NCBI GenBank assembly: GCA_016218805.1
Contig: JACRCW010000103.1
Span: 1-34,173, forward strand
Reading direction: 5' to 3'
Length of the DNA stretch: 34,173 nt
From: Deltaproteobacteria bacterium
GTDB lineage: Bacteria > Myxococcota > JACRCW01
The translations under genes were made by a program, and so were the position numbers. Below, in pieces: positions 26,036 to 34,173 of the stretch. The notes beneath the pieces are model-generated. The model was not told the DNA's origin. It made no database searches and saw nothing but the letters and a program-made list of their open reading frames with translations. Every line of letters begins with the position of its first letter. Within the stretch, counting starts at the first letter, position 1.

Positions 26036-27012
26036 TGGGACGCCGCCTCGAAGACTTCCGCCGGATGCTGGGAGCCGAGCCGCGCCGCCCCGAACCGGGG
26101 GACTACTCACCCGGCGCGCGGCAGATTCATGACACCAAGAGGCTGAAGAAGTCCGACTTTGACGCGCTCAAGCAGGTGGCGGTGAAACACCGCGCCAACA
26201 AGCGCTGGCGCCGCCGCCGGTGGACCACGCTCATCGTCGTCAACCTGCTGTTCGTGCTGTCATACTGGCTGGATGTGCAGCTGGTGGAGGGATCGCTGTC
26301 GGGGTCGCGGTTCCTTGGTTTCCACATGATTGATGTGAATGCCGCACTTCAGCTGATGCTGGCGCACAAGCACCTCATCACCAACCTGCTCATCGGCACG
26401 GCCACCATTGCGCTGGTGTGGGGCGTGCTGGGCGGGCGGTCGTTCTGCTCGTGGGTGTGCCCGTATCACCTGCTGGCGGAATGGGCGGAAAAGCTCCACC
26501 TGCTGCTCGCGGCGAAGAAGATTGTGAAAGACCACCCGTTGCACCGCGGGTTGCGCGTGGTGCTGTGGGCGCTGTTTGCCGTGCTGGCGTACGGCACCGG
26601 GTACACCGTGTATGAAACCATCTCCCCGACGGGAATCCTCTCCCGCGCGATGATCTACGGCCCGGGCGTGGTGCTGTTGTGGATCTTTGCGCTGCTGGCG
26701 TTTGAAGTGCTGTACAGCCGCCGCGCGTGGTGCCGGTACATGTGTCCGGTGGGACTGACCTATGGCGTGGTGGGCACGGTTTCACCCGTCAAGGTCAGCT
26801 ATGACCTGTCCAAGTGCTTTCATGAACAGGATTGCCGCAAGGTCTGCCTGGTCCCGCACGTGCTGGACACCGTCGTGAAGGGCCGCGCGGTCACGGAGAT
26901 CGTTGACATTGGGAATGACTGCACGCGCTGCGGACTGTGCGTGGACACCTGTCCATCCGGAGCACTCCACTTCACCATCACCGGTGTCACCAAGCGCCGA
27001 ACAGGGGAATGA
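26035..27012 (+). CDS. nosH: NapH/MauN-family membrane ferredoxin (quinol dehydrogenase subunit)
   Basis: TM helices, GGRSFCSWVCP, WCRYMCPVG, CTRCGLCVDTC; TGATG coupling to nosG. Confidence 0.92.
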   Translation: MGRRLEDFRRMLGAEPRRPEPGDYSPGARQIHDTKRLKKSDFDALKQVAVKHRANKRWRRRRWTTLIVVNLLFVLSYWLDVQLVEGSLSGSRFLGFHMIDVNAALQLMLAHKHLITNLLIGTATIALVWGVLGGRSFCSWVCPYHLLAEWAEKLHLLLAAKKIVKDHPLHRGLRVVLWALFAVLAYGTGYTVYETISPTGILSRAMIYGPGVVLLWIFALLAFEVLYSRRAWCRYMCPVGLTYGVVGTVSPVKVSYDLSKCFHEQDCRKVCLVPHVLDTVVKGRAVTEIVDIGNDCTRCGLCVDTCPSGALHFTITGVTKRRTGE

Positions 27013-27016
27013 CGCG

Positions 27017-27907
27017 ATGATACGGCTCAGCAGGCTCACCAAGTCGTTCAAGCGGCTGCGCGCCGTGGACGCGCTGGACCTTGGGATTGAGAAGGGTGAG
27101 CGCATCGCCCTGGTGGGCTCCAACGGCGCCGGCAAGACCACCATGATCCGCTGCATTCTCGGCGAATACACATTTGAAGGCGATGTCGCGGTGGGCGGCA
27201 AGCATCCGCGGCGCGCCCGCAGCGAGGTGCTCGGGCGAATAGGTTTTGTCCCCCAGCTGCCACCGCCCCTCAAGATGCCGGTGAGCGAATTGCTGCGTTT
27301 CTCCGCCGCCGTTTCCGGACGCAAGGTGTCCGATATCTCGGAGATTGCCACGCGGCTGGGCCTGGATGTCACCACGTTTGCACGGCAGCCGTTCTTCAAG
27401 CTGTCCGGCGGGCAGAAACAGAAACTGCTGATTTCCATTGCGCTGGGACGGAACGCGGAGGTCCTCATCATGGATGAACCCGCTGCCAACCTGGACCCGG
27501 AAGCCCGCCACGCGTTCTTCACCCTGCTGGCTGAACGCGTCACCACCGCCACCATGCTCATCTCCAGCCACCGCCTGGACGAAGTGGCCGCGCTGGTGAA
27601 CCGCGTGATTGAGATGGACCGCGGGAAGATTGTGCTGGATGACAAAGTGACCGATTCACCGCTTACCGGCCTGCTGGCGTGCACCGTCACCCTGCGCCGC
27701 CCGGACCTCGCCATCGGGAAGGCGCTCACTGAGTGGAAGTTCACCCCGTCCGCCGATGGTCTGGTGTGGACGGGGAGTGTTGCCGGAGCGGACCGGTTGC
27801 GCTTCACGGGTCTGCTGTCACGGTATGTGGGCCTGCTCACCCGCGTGGCGCTGGATGAGAAACACAGCGGCGCCGGCAATGGCGTGGCGGAAGGTGCGGC
27901 GCCGTGA
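27017..27907 (+). CDS. nosF: ABC ATPase of the NosDFY complex
   Basis: GSNGAGKTT, LSGGQKQK, IMDEP, SSH; position within the nos cluster. Confidence 0.92.
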   Translation: MIRLSRLTKSFKRLRAVDALDLGIEKGERIALVGSNGAGKTTMIRCILGEYTFEGDVAVGGKHPRRARSEVLGRIGFVPQLPPPLKMPVSELLRFSAAVSGRKVSDISEIATRLGLDVTTFARQPFFKLSGGQKQKLLISIALGRNAEVLIMDEPAANLDPEARHAFFTLLAERVTTATMLISSHRLDEVAALVNRVIEMDRGKIVLDDKVTDSPLTGLLACTVTLRRPDLAIGKALTEWKFTPSADGLVWTGSVAGADRLRFTGLLSRYVGLLTRVALDEKHSGAGNGVAEGAAP

Positions 27908-28416
27908 GCCCGCACACTGCCTCCACCCCGCACCCGGCCATGCCCCGCATGGCCGACCTCCCCCACAAGGGGGGAGGCTACGCAGGGGCGGCAGGGGCGG
28001 TGATGCTCGCACTCAGCCTTGCGGTGGCGGCGGGCTGCAACACCGGGGACAAAGATGGGCCCGTTGACGTCATCTTTGACCGGGATGCGTGCGCCCGCTG
28101 CAGCATGATCATCTCTGACCGCCACTTCGTCGCCGAAGTGCGCGGCGGTCCCCGCCGGGAAGTCGCGAAATTCGACGACATCGGCTGCGCGATTACGTGG
28201 TTGGACGCGCAACCGTTTGCGAGCGACCCCACCACGCGGATTTGGGTCGCCAGGCTGGACGATGGCTCCTGGGTCGACGCGCGCGCCTCCCGCTTCGCCG
28301 GCGGCAAGACCTCCCCCATGGGGTACGGGTTCGCCGCGGTCATTGACACGGAAGGCGTGGATTTCCAGGCGGTCCAGCAGCACGTGCGGGCCATGGCCCA
28401 GCGGAGGAACAAGTGA
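27904..28416 (+). CDS. nosL: NosL-family copper chaperone lipoprotein
   Basis: Lipobox AAGC; D.CARCSMIISD, FDDIGCA, SPMGYGF. The true start may be a downstream ATG. Confidence 0.88.
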   Translation: MSPHTASTPHPAMPRMADLPHKGGGYAGAAGAVMLALSLAVAAGCNTGDKDGPVDVIFDRDACARCSMIISDRHFVAEVRGGPRREVAKFDDIGCAITWLDAQPFASDPTTRIWVARLDDGSWVDARASRFAGGKTSPMGYGFAAVIDTEGVDFQAVQQHVRAMAQRRNK

Positions 28417-29240
28417 GTCACCTCGTCCTGACAGCCCGGCTTGACGTGCAGGAATCCGTCCGCGCCCGCTGGTTCCTCGTCTACGCGTTGATCTTCGGCG
28501 GCATCGTTGCCGCGTTCTTCGCATTTGGCGTCACCGAATCCCGCGTGCTGGGCTTCATGGGCCTGTCCCGCCTGCTGGTCACGTACATCCAGCTGGTCAT
28601 GGCCATCATGCCCATCTTCATCCTGCTCACCACCGTGCGCTCCGTTGCCGGTGACCGCGAAGCGGGCGTGTTTGAATACCTCCTATCCCTCCCGGTGGGC
28701 CTGGGCTCCTGGTACTGGGGCCGCATTTTCGGGCGTTTCCTCGTCGTGTTCCTGCCCGTGTTCCTGGCCATGCTGGGCGCCGCGGGCTGGGCCGTTTACC
28801 GCGAAATAGAAGTCCCCTGGAAGATGTTCGGCGTCTACACCGGCCTGATGGCCGCCATGTCCTGGTGCTTCTTGGGCCTGGGCATGTGGATCTCCACGCT
28901 GGCGCGCTCCACCGACGTGGCGCAGGGCGCCGCGTTCATGATGTGGCTGGTGTTCCTGTTGTTCCTGGACCTCATTCTCCTGGGCGTGCTCATCCAGGGG
29001 CGCGTGCCCGCCAACGCGGTCATTGCCATTGCGCTGGTGAACCCGCTGCAGGTGTTCCGCACCGGCGCACTGATGCTGTTTGATCCGCAGCTCGTCGTGT
29101 TCGGACCAGCCGCGTACGTGATTCACGACTATTTTGGCGGGCCCAACTTCATTGTGTACGCCATGGCCTATCCCACGCTGGTGGGCACGCTGGCCGCCGG
29201 CCTGGGCTACCTCACGTTCCGGCGGGGCGACCTCGTGTGA
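28413..29240 (+). CDS. nosY: ABC permease of the NosDFY complex
   Basis: Multiple TM helices, DREAGVFEYLLSLP, NPLQVFR. Confidence 0.92.
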   Translation: MSHLVLTARLDVQESVRARWFLVYALIFGGIVAAFFAFGVTESRVLGFMGLSRLLVTYIQLVMAIMPIFILLTTVRSVAGDREAGVFEYLLSLPVGLGSWYWGRIFGRFLVVFLPVFLAMLGAAGWAVYREIEVPWKMFGVYTGLMAAMSWCFLGLGMWISTLARSTDVAQGAAFMMWLVFLLFLDLILLGVLIQGRVPANAVIAIALVNPLQVFRTGALMLFDPQLVVFGPAAYVIHDYFGGPNFIVYAMAYPTLVGTLAAGLGYLTFRRGDLV

Positions 29241-30493
29241 CGCCCGCGTTCGCGCTCCTGGCCGCGGCGGCGCTGCCTCCGCTGCAGCCGCTCATTGATG
29301 CGGCTCCCCCGGGCTCCGTGCTGGTCCCGCCGCCGGGACGGTACGCCGGGCCCGTGGTCATTACGCGGGCCCTCACCCTGGACGGCGCGGGCCGCGTCAC
29401 GGTGGACGGGCAGGGCACCGGCAGCGTCATCACCATCCGCGCGGAAGGCGTCACGCTCAGGCGGTTGCACATCACCGGATCCGGCACCAGCCATGACCAC
29501 ATGGACGGCGCCATCACCGTGGAAGCGGACCACGTGGAAATCCGGCACAATGACCTGGACAACACGCTCTTTGGCGTGCAGGTGAACGCGGCGCACGGCG
29601 TGCTGGTGTGCGGGAACACCATCCGTTCCACGCGTGACGAGCCGGGCCTGCGCGGCGACGGCGTGCGCATCTGGAACGGGAACCACAACACGGTCAGCGG
29701 CAATGACATCGTGGAGGCGCGGGACGTGACGTTTGCCAACGCGCGGGACAACCTGCTGGCGGGCAACCGCGTGGCGCATGGGCGGTACGGGTTGCAGATG
29801 GTGTTCGCGCCGCGCAACCGCGTGGAGGATAACCAGTTTGAGAGCAACCTCACCGGCATCGCCGTGCTGTACTCGGATGACGTCGTGATCCGGCGCAACC
29901 GCGTGGTGGATTCGCAGGGCGTGTCCGGGGTGGGCGTGGTGTTCAAGGAGTCCAGCCAGGGCGTGGTGGAGGACAACGCGTTTGTGCGCTGCTCCGTCGG
30001 CGCGCGGACCAACTCGCCCACGCACCCGCTGAACGTGGTGTATTTCCGGAGAAACCTGTTTGCGCACAACACGGCGGGCATGGACTTCTACGGCGAGAAC
30101 GGTGGCCACGTGATTGAACACAACCGGTTTGATCACAACCTGGTGCAGGTCACGGTCAGCGCGCCCATGAGCGCGCGCGGCAACGGCTGGCTGGGCAATG
30201 AGTGGGATGATTACCAGGGTTTTGATCGCGACGGTGACGGCGTGGGGGACCAGCCGTATGAACGCTTTGCGTTTGCCGACCGCATCTGGCTGGAGACGCC
30301 GTCCGCCACGTTTTTCCGCAATTCCCCCGTGCTGGAACTGCTGGACTTCCTGGAACGGCTGGCGCCGTTCTCAAATCCGGAGCTGGTGCTGCGTGATCCC
30401 CGGCCGGCCATGACGGCCGCAGGCACGGGCCCCGCGGGACCCCCGCGCGAACGGCCCCGGTTCATTCCCTCCTGTCCTGGAGATGTGCCGTGA
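29237..30493 (+). CDS. Second NosD-family protein (paralog lacking the H/M/M triad)
   Basis: Beta-helix repeats, LRGDGVRIWN, GNEWDDYQGFDRDGDGVGDQPYE, DFLERLAPFS shared with nosD. Confidence 0.88.
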   Translation: MTPAFALLAAAALPPLQPLIDAAPPGSVLVPPPGRYAGPVVITRALTLDGAGRVTVDGQGTGSVITIRAEGVTLRRLHITGSGTSHDHMDGAITVEADHVEIRHNDLDNTLFGVQVNAAHGVLVCGNTIRSTRDEPGLRGDGVRIWNGNHNTVSGNDIVEARDVTFANARDNLLAGNRVAHGRYGLQMVFAPRNRVEDNQFESNLTGIAVLYSDDVVIRRNRVVDSQGVSGVGVVFKESSQGVVEDNAFVRCSVGARTNSPTHPLNVVYFRRNLFAHNTAGMDFYGENGGHVIEHNRFDHNLVQVTVSAPMSARGNGWLGNEWDDYQGFDRDGDGVGDQPYERFAFADRIWLETPSATFFRNSPVLELLDFLERLAPFSNPELVLRDPRPAMTAAGTGPAGPPRERPRFIPSCPGDVP

Positions 30494-31212
30494 TGTGTCG
30501 TCGTCAGCTGGGTGCGTGGTGGGTGGGCGTGCTGGTGTTGTTGCCGTCCGGTGCGTCCGCGGGGCAGTTGGAGAACGGCAAGGACGTGTACGGCCCGTGT
30601 GCCGCGTGCCACGGCGCCAACGGTGAAGGCGGCAAAGGCGGCGAATACCCGCGCCTGGCGGGCCAGCCCCCGGTGTACCTGGTGGGGCAGTTGAAGTTGT
30701 ACCAGGAACGCAAGCGCTACAACGTGGCCATGTTCCCGTACACGGAGCCGCGTGAACTCTCCGAAGCGGACATGCAGGACGTGGCGGCGTACCTCACGCA
30801 GATCACGCTCCCGGCGAAAACACCCGTTTTCAAGGACACGGACAGCGCGCTGGACCGCCTGCTGGCCATGGAGCGCGTGCTGGTGGTGCCGCGCGTGGCC
30901 GGTGACGTGGAGAACGGGAAGGCGACCTTCAAGCGCAGCTGCGTGTCCTGCCACGGGCCGGAGGGACGGGGGAAGAAGAACAACCCCGTGCTCCTTGGGC
31001 AGTACCCGGACTACCTGCAGCGGCAGGTGGACGCCTTCCGCAAGGGTGACCGGCCGCATGACAAGAAGACCGCCGGGGAGGGCGTGTTCTTCAAGCTGGA
31101 GCAGAAGGACGTGGTGGACATCTTCGCGTACCTGACGGCCATCCAGGACAAGGACCCGGAGGTTCCGGCCGCAGGGTCGTCGACGGCGGGGAGCGGCGCA
31201 GCGGCGGAATAG
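30490..31212 (+). CDS. Dihaem cytochrome c4-type protein
   Basis: Signal peptide; CAACH and CVSCH; PRLAGQ and PVLLGQ motifs. Confidence 0.9.
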   Translation: MMCRRQLGAWWVGVLVLLPSGASAGQLENGKDVYGPCAACHGANGEGGKGGEYPRLAGQPPVYLVGQLKLYQERKRYNVAMFPYTEPRELSEADMQDVAAYLTQITLPAKTPVFKDTDSALDRLLAMERVLVVPRVAGDVENGKATFKRSCVSCHGPEGRGKKNNPVLLGQYPDYLQRQVDAFRKGDRPHDKKTAGEGVFFKLEQKDVVDIFAYLTAIQDKDPEVPAAGSSTAGSGAAAE

Positions 31213-31227
31213 GCCAGGTTGACGTGT

Positions 31228-31252
31228 GGTCATTTTTGGACCAAAAATGACC
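31228..31252. promoter_or_regulatory. Perfect inverted repeat (12-1-12); candidate operator overlapping a promoter
   Basis: GGTCATTTTTGG-A-CCAAAAATGACC, between TTGACG (31219-31224) and the ATG at 31255. Confidence 0.6.
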
Positions 31253-31254
31253 GC

Positions 31255-32412
31255 ATGTACACACGGGATCTGGCGGGGCCACTGGGACGGCAGAAGCGGA
31301 GCGTGCTCCTCCTCGGCCCGCGGCAGACGGGCAAGTCCACCCTGGTGCGCGGGCTGCGTCCCGAACTCGAGATCAACCTCGCGCACGAGCCCACATTCCT
31401 GGAATTCGCGTCCAACCCGCGCGAGTTGGAACAGCGCCTGGCGGCTGCGCGACCGCGAACGGTGTTCATTGACGAGGTGCAGCGCCTGCCGAGCCTGTTG
31501 AACACGCTGCAGGCGCTGCTGGACGGCGGCAGCCGCACGAAGTTCCTGCTCACCGGTTCCAGCGCTCGCAAGCTGAAACGGGGCCGCGCCAACCTGCTGC
31601 CCGGCCGTGTGGTGTCCTTCAATATGGGTCCTTTAACGTCGAGGGAACTCGGCGACGCGTTCCGTCTCACGCAGGCGCTGGAAGAGGGGTTGCTGCCCGG
31701 CATCTACGCGGAGCCGGAACGCGCGCAGCGGCGCCGCGTGTTGCAGACCTACGCCTCCACGTACCTGCGTGAGGAGGTGCAAGCCGAGGCGCTCACGCGC
31801 CGCATTGAAGGGTTCTCCCGTTTCCTGAACGCGGCCGCGGCACGCTCCGGGCAATTGCTGGACTTTGCCAAGCTCGCCGCGTCGGCCGCGGTGCCGCGTC
31901 AGTCGGCCATCCGTTACTTCGAGATTCTCGAGGACACGTTGCTGGCGCGGCGGGTTGAACCGTGGACGCAGAACGCGACGGTGCGCACCGTGAAACACCC
32001 GCGTTTCTACTTCTTTGACACGGGCGTGCTGAACGGGCTGCTGCGCACGTTCTCCGCGTCGGCGCCGCGCATTGGCTCGCTGTTTGAGCACTTCATCCTG
32101 CATGAGCTGGTGCAGCGGGCGGAGAACGCCGGCGTCACCGTCCGCGTGGACCACTACCGGACCGAAGGCGGCGCCGAAGTGGACTTTGTGGTGACGACGG
32201 AAACGGGGGTGTTCGCGCTGGAGTGCAAGGCCACGGGGAACCTGGGCGCGGGGGACGTGCGCCACCTGCGTGCGTTCCGGGAGGCGTACGGCGGAAAGCT
32301 GTCCCGGTTGCGGTGCGTCCTGCTGCACACCGGAAACACGGCCAAGGCCGCGGACGGGATTGAGGTCCTCCCGTGGGCGCAGGGGCTGGCTGAGGTGGGT
32401 GTCGACGGGTGA
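31255..32412 (+). CDS. AAA_14 family ATPase with DUF4143 domain
   Basis: GPRQTGKST, FIDEVQRLP, LTGSSARKL, LLPGR, P.FYFFDTGV, FEHFI, YRT..GAEVDFV, ECK (PD-(D/E)xK-like tail). Confidence 0.9.
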   Translation: MYTRDLAGPLGRQKRSVLLLGPRQTGKSTLVRGLRPELEINLAHEPTFLEFASNPRELEQRLAAARPRTVFIDEVQRLPSLLNTLQALLDGGSRTKFLLTGSSARKLKRGRANLLPGRVVSFNMGPLTSRELGDAFRLTQALEEGLLPGIYAEPERAQRRRVLQTYASTYLREEVQAEALTRRIEGFSRFLNAAAARSGQLLDFAKLAASAAVPRQSAIRYFEILEDTLLARRVEPWTQNATVRTVKHPRFYFFDTGVLNGLLRTFSASAPRIGSLFEHFILHELVQRAENAGVTVRVDHYRTEGGAEVDFVVTTETGVFALECKATGNLGAGDVRHLRAFREAYGGKLSRLRCVLLHTGNTAKAADGIEVLPWAQGLAEVGVDG

Positions 32413-32416
32413 CGGG

Positions 32417-32680
32417 CTACTTCACGACCCGCGGCATCCCCAGGCGCTTCTCAATGCGGTGGATGCGCTTCTCGTGGTCGCGGTAGCGGTCGCCGGAGAA
32501 CTCCAGCAGGTTGTCAAACCGCATCGAAAGGTCCGCGAAGCCCTTGGCGGTCTCGTGCGCCAGGTCGTCCACGCGGCCGGACAGGCCGTCCACACGCCCA
32601 TTCAGCGCCTGCAACTCCTTGCGGATGTCCCGCAGGATCTCCACCACCAGGTCGCGGGGTCCGCCTTCCTTGCGTGCCAT
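32417..32680 (-). CDS. Small hypothetical coiled-coil protein (87 aa)
   Basis: MARKEGGPRDLVVEILRDIRKELQALNGRVDGLSGRVDDL...HEKRIHRIEKRLG with heptad pattern. Confidence 0.65.
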   Translation of the reverse strand: MARKEGGPRDLVVEILRDIRKELQALNGRVDGLSGRVDDLAHETAKGFADLSMRFDNLLEFSGDRYRDHEKRIHRIEKRLGMPRVVK

Positions 32681-32832
32681 GGTCTTCACGCTACCGGCGC
32701 CAGCGGGCCCCGGCAACGCGCCCTCCCGGATCTCCGCCGTCCGCGGGATCTCCGTGCCTCCGGAAAAACCGTTGTCCCGCGCCACCTTCCGGATGCCGCT
32801 TCCGGGCCGGTCCTGCCGGCCGCCAATCCCCC

Positions 32833-32861
32833 TTGACGCTCCGTGTGAGTCCATGTAGAGA
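32833..32861 (+). promoter_or_regulatory. Putative sigma70-type promoter of the str operon
   Basis: TTGACG-N17-TAGAGA followed by a GC-rich discriminator-like stretch. Confidence 0.45.
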
Positions 32862-33067
32862 GCGCGCCCCCGCTGGGAAACCAGAGGGGCGCGTGAACGG
32901 GCTCCATGCCCACGACGCGGTCGCAGTGATGCGGCGAACGGCTCTTTGAAACGCCCAAGGCGGTTGAGAGCCATCTCAGTATCTGGACGCGGCGCCGAGG
33001 GCGCGGTGGGCAGGTGAGGTGGCTCTGGCGTTTCAAGGGACCCGCAACCACGGAAGGAAGAAACGGA

Positions 33068-33466
33068 ATGCCGACCATCAACCAGCTCGTGAGGAAGGGA
33101 CGCCAGGCGGTTCGGTACAAGACCAACAGCCCGGCCCTGAAGGGTGCTCCGCAGAAGCGCGGCGTTTGCACGCGCGTCTACACGACGACCCCCAAGAAGC
33201 CCAACTCCGCACTCCGCAAGGTCGCCCGCGTGCGCCTGAGCAACCAGATGGAAGTCACCACGTACATCCCGGGCGTGGGCCACAACCTGCAGGAGCACTC
33301 GGTGGTGCTCATCCGCGGTGGCCGCGTGAAGGACCTTCCCGGCGTCCGTTATCACATCATCCGTGGCACGCTGGACGCCGTGGGCGTGGCCAACCGCAAG
33401 CAGGGCCGCTCCAAGTACGGCGCCAAGAAGCCCGGCACCGGCACCGGCGCCGCCGCCCCCAAGTGA
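33068..33466 (+). CDS. rpsL: 30S ribosomal protein S12
   Basis: [41 protein letters not shown]. Confidence 0.99.
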   Translation: MPTINQLVRKGRQAVRYKTNSPALKGAPQKRGVCTRVYTTTPKKPNSALRKVARVRLSNQMEVTTYIPGVGHNLQEHSVVLIRGGRVKDLPGVRYHIIRGTLDAVGVANRKQGRSKYGAKKPGTGTGAAAPK

Positions 33467-33964
<498 letters not shown>

Positions 33965-34008
33965 ACCGTTTTCCCCCTCTTTCACTCTGAATTCTTCCGG
34001 AGAGCGTC

Positions 34009-34173
34009 ATGGGCAAGGAAAAATTCGACCGTAGCAAGCCGCACGTGAACATCGGGACCATTGGCCACGTGGACCATGGCAAGACCACGCTGACCGCGGC
34101 CATCACCAAGGTGCTGGCGGCCAAGAACCCCAAGATCGTGTACCGGGCGTACGACTCCATTGACAATGCGCCG
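34009..34173 (+). CDS. tuf: Elongation factor Tu (3'-truncated by the window edge)
   Basis: [36 protein letters not shown]...YDSIDNAP. Confidence 0.97.
   Translation, partial: MGKEKFDRSKPHVNIGTIGHVDHGKTTLTAAITKVLAAKNPKIVYRAYDSIDNAP

Noticed and set aside
32681..33355. Upstream part of the 312-aa ORF 32417..33355
   Set aside because: It is antisense to rpsL and its leader; only the last 87 codons look protein-like.

Overview
High-GC bacterial chromosome segment, probably Myxococcota/deltaproteobacterial (inferred from gene content and the Pro/Ala-rich linkers). The left half is mixed housekeeping and accessory DNA: the end of a Cys-repeat protein, XdhC, an FHA protein, a CNNM/CorC protein, tRNA-Ser(CGA), tRNA-Ser(GGA), SRP RNA, dnaX, a signal-less Skp/OmpH gene divergent from a signal-less predicted beta-barrel gene, a CPA2 antiporter, metG, a stand-alone MshEN protein, a eukaryote-type N-terminal glutamine amidohydrolase (WDYHV), a tandem Ddl-like ATP-grasp protein and a DmpA peptidase. 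From 18.8 to 31.2 kb lies a complete clade II (Sec-type) nitrous oxide reductase cluster, nosZ-cytc-cytc-nosB-nosD-nosG-nosH-nosF-nosL-nosY-nosD2-cytc, behind a sigma54-like promoter. The window ends with an AAA_14/DUF4143 ATPase and a str operon lacking fusA (rpsL-rpsG-tuf). The most interesting leads are the signal-less Skp plus beta-barrel pair, a second NosD that has lost the copper-binding HMM triad, and the WDYHV/double-Ddl/DmpA module. All calls come from reading motifs by eye; no searches were run.
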